Assembly (NCBI GenBank): GCA_963749915.1
Contig: CAVVOP010000021.1
Span: 32,001-96,000, forward strand
Length of the DNA stretch: 64,000 bases
Origin: an uncultured cyanobacterium
GTDB lineage: Bacteria > Cyanobacteriota > Cyanobacteriia > Cyanobacteriales > Cyanobacteriaceae
Direction: 5' to 3'
Shown: positions 62,691 through 64,000 of the stretch, in pieces
Numbering within the stretch: the first letter of the stretch is position 1
How the letters are laid out: every line of letters begins with the position of its first letter
Translations under genes and position numbers: made by a program
The notes under the pieces: model-generated
What the model saw: only the letters and a program-made list of their open reading frames with translations
Databases searched by the model: none
Told to the model about the DNA's origin: nothing

Positions 62691-64000
62691 ATGGGATTAG
62701 CAAACTTAGTCAAAAAACCTAAAGGTAATTATATTAGGCGCAAAAGGAATACTAGAAATCCTGTTAGCAGTGAACAGAAAAAAGTTTGGTTAACCGTAGG
62801 ACAAAATGACCAACCAGTGTTTATTATGCTCTTAATTAGTCTTTTTCTTTTGGGGGCCATTGGCTTTCGTCTAGGATATCTACAAATAGTCGAGGGTGAC
62901 AAGTACTCTGTTAAAGCTGAGAATAACCGCACTAAGATTATGCCTAAACCCCCTGTTAGGGGTAATTTATTTGATCGCAAAGGTAAAATTTTAGCAGCAA
63001 CTCGACTATCACATTCCGCTTACCTGTGGCCTGTGGCCCAAAAAAAGGAGAATTGGCCCGAAGCAAAAGCGATGTTAGCCATCATCCTTCGCCTGTCCGA
63101 AGAAAAATTACAAAATATTTTAGAAAAAGAAGGTTATGATTCTCCTACTCTTGTACGCATCGCCCGTAATTTAACCCCTCAACAAATCACCGCCATTGAA
63201 GAAAATCGTAATTTACTCTCAGAAGTGGAAGTGGATACCGATACCGTCAGATATTACCCCCATAATAAAATTGGTTCTCATGTTTTAGGTTATACCAGAG
63301 AAATTAACGCTGACGAATTAAAAGAGCGTCAAAAAGAAGGTTATCGCCTGGGAGATGTCATCGGTAAAATGGGTGTAGAGGCTGGTTTTGAATCGAAGTT
63401 GCGGGGAGAATGGGGTGGGATTCTCATGGAAAGAGATGGCACGGGAAAAGTTATCCGTAAACTGGGCATCAAACAAGCTAAAGCCGGAAATGATGTTACT
63501 CTTACCCTTGACCTAGAATTACAAAAAGCCGCCGAAAAAGCTCTTGGCGATCGCAAAGGTGCAGTAGTGGCAATTGATCCCCGTGATGGAGCTGTATTGG
63601 CCATGGTAAGCTATCCGGCCTTTGATCCTAATATTTTTTCAGGAAGAATTACAGAACAACTCTGGCAAGAAGTACAAGCAAAAGGCTATCCTTTAATTAA
63701 CCGTGCCCTAATGGGTTTTCCTCCAGCTTCCACCTTTAAAATCGTCACCGCCACCGCCGGAATGGAATCAGGGAAGTTTTCCCCTAAAACCATTTTACCG
63801 ACTTATGCCTATCTTCATGTAGGGGGTACAGCTTTTGGAGAATGGAATCGGGCAGGATTTGGACCCATGGGCTTTGTAAAAGCTTTGCAATGGAGTAGTA
63901 ATACTTTTTTCGGGCAAATCGGTAACGGTGTGGGAGGAGAAACCCTGATAAAATGGGCTAGAAACTATGGTTTTGGCAGTAAGACGGGCATTGAAATCCC
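62691..64000 (+). CDS. mrdA: Penicillin-binding protein 2 (runs off the window end)
   Basis: Manual translation: TM anchor, AENNRT..PVRGNLFDRKG, PPASTFK (SxxK) and WSSN (SxN). Confidence 0.9.
   Translation, partial: MGLANLVKKPKGNYIRRKRNTRNPVSSEQKKVWLTVGQNDQPVFIMLLISLFLLGAIGFRLGYLQIVEGDKYSVKAENNRTKIMPKPPVRGNLFDRKGKILAATRLSHSAYLWPVAQKKENWPEAKAMLAIILRLSEEKLQNILEKEGYDSPTLVRIARNLTPQQITAIEENRNLLSEVEVDTDTVRYYPHNKIGSHVLGYTREINADELKERQKEGYRLGDVIGKMGVEAGFESKLRGEWGGILMERDGTGKVIRKLGIKQAKAGNDVTLTLDLELQKAAEKALGDRKGAVVAIDPRDGAVLAMVSYPAFDPNIFSGRITEQLWQEVQAKGYPLINRALMGFPPASTFKIVTATAGMESGKFSPKTILPTYAYLHVGGTAFGEWNRAGFGPMGFVKALQWSSNTFFGQIGNGVGGETLIKWARNYGFGSKTGIEI

Overview
This is a 64-kb stretch of a low-GC cyanobacterial chromosome. 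The evidence is psbY, ndhS, a cpcU-like lyase, ldpA, a tmRNA with tag ANNIVPFARKAAPVAA and many HIP1 GCGATCGC sites; the style is Cyanobacterium/Geminocystis-like (inference). Housekeeping genes (ssrA, hemB, mnmE, ispE, malQ, murG, purC, bamA, hisG, csaB, mrdA, tRNA-Leu) surround an accessory zone at about 10.3-33 kb. Its core is a visibly GC-richer, co-oriented ~16-kb island: eno, a four-EF-hand calmodulin-like gene, pgi, ldhA, glgP, an internally deleted gap, pyk, an atypical transketolase-like gene, ppk1 and glgX. This looks like a glycogen-to-lactate fermentation module with an embedded Ca2+ sensor. The island is flanked by a dead IS1634 on the left. On the right are a dnaX-like 3' fragment and a nested IS graveyard (IS982/ISKra4, IS6, IS66, IS1182, mini-IS605) containing a higBA pair whose toxin is nonsense-inactivated. 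Other notable structures: (1) a TIR family (CTGACTTTTCACGG, 10-bp TSDs) present both as an empty 166-bp MITE and as a 555-bp element carrying an Avd/IVP-like four-helix-bundle gene between inverted heptamer arms; (2) the cmpABCD bicarbonate operon collapsed into one in-frame chimeric ORF; (3) two tiny IS200/IS605 derivatives; (4) nested direct repeats around an isiC-like/rppA-like block; (5) an 18-bp VNTR in bamA. No CRISPR array or rRNA was seen. All calls come from reading the sequence by eye; no database searches were run.
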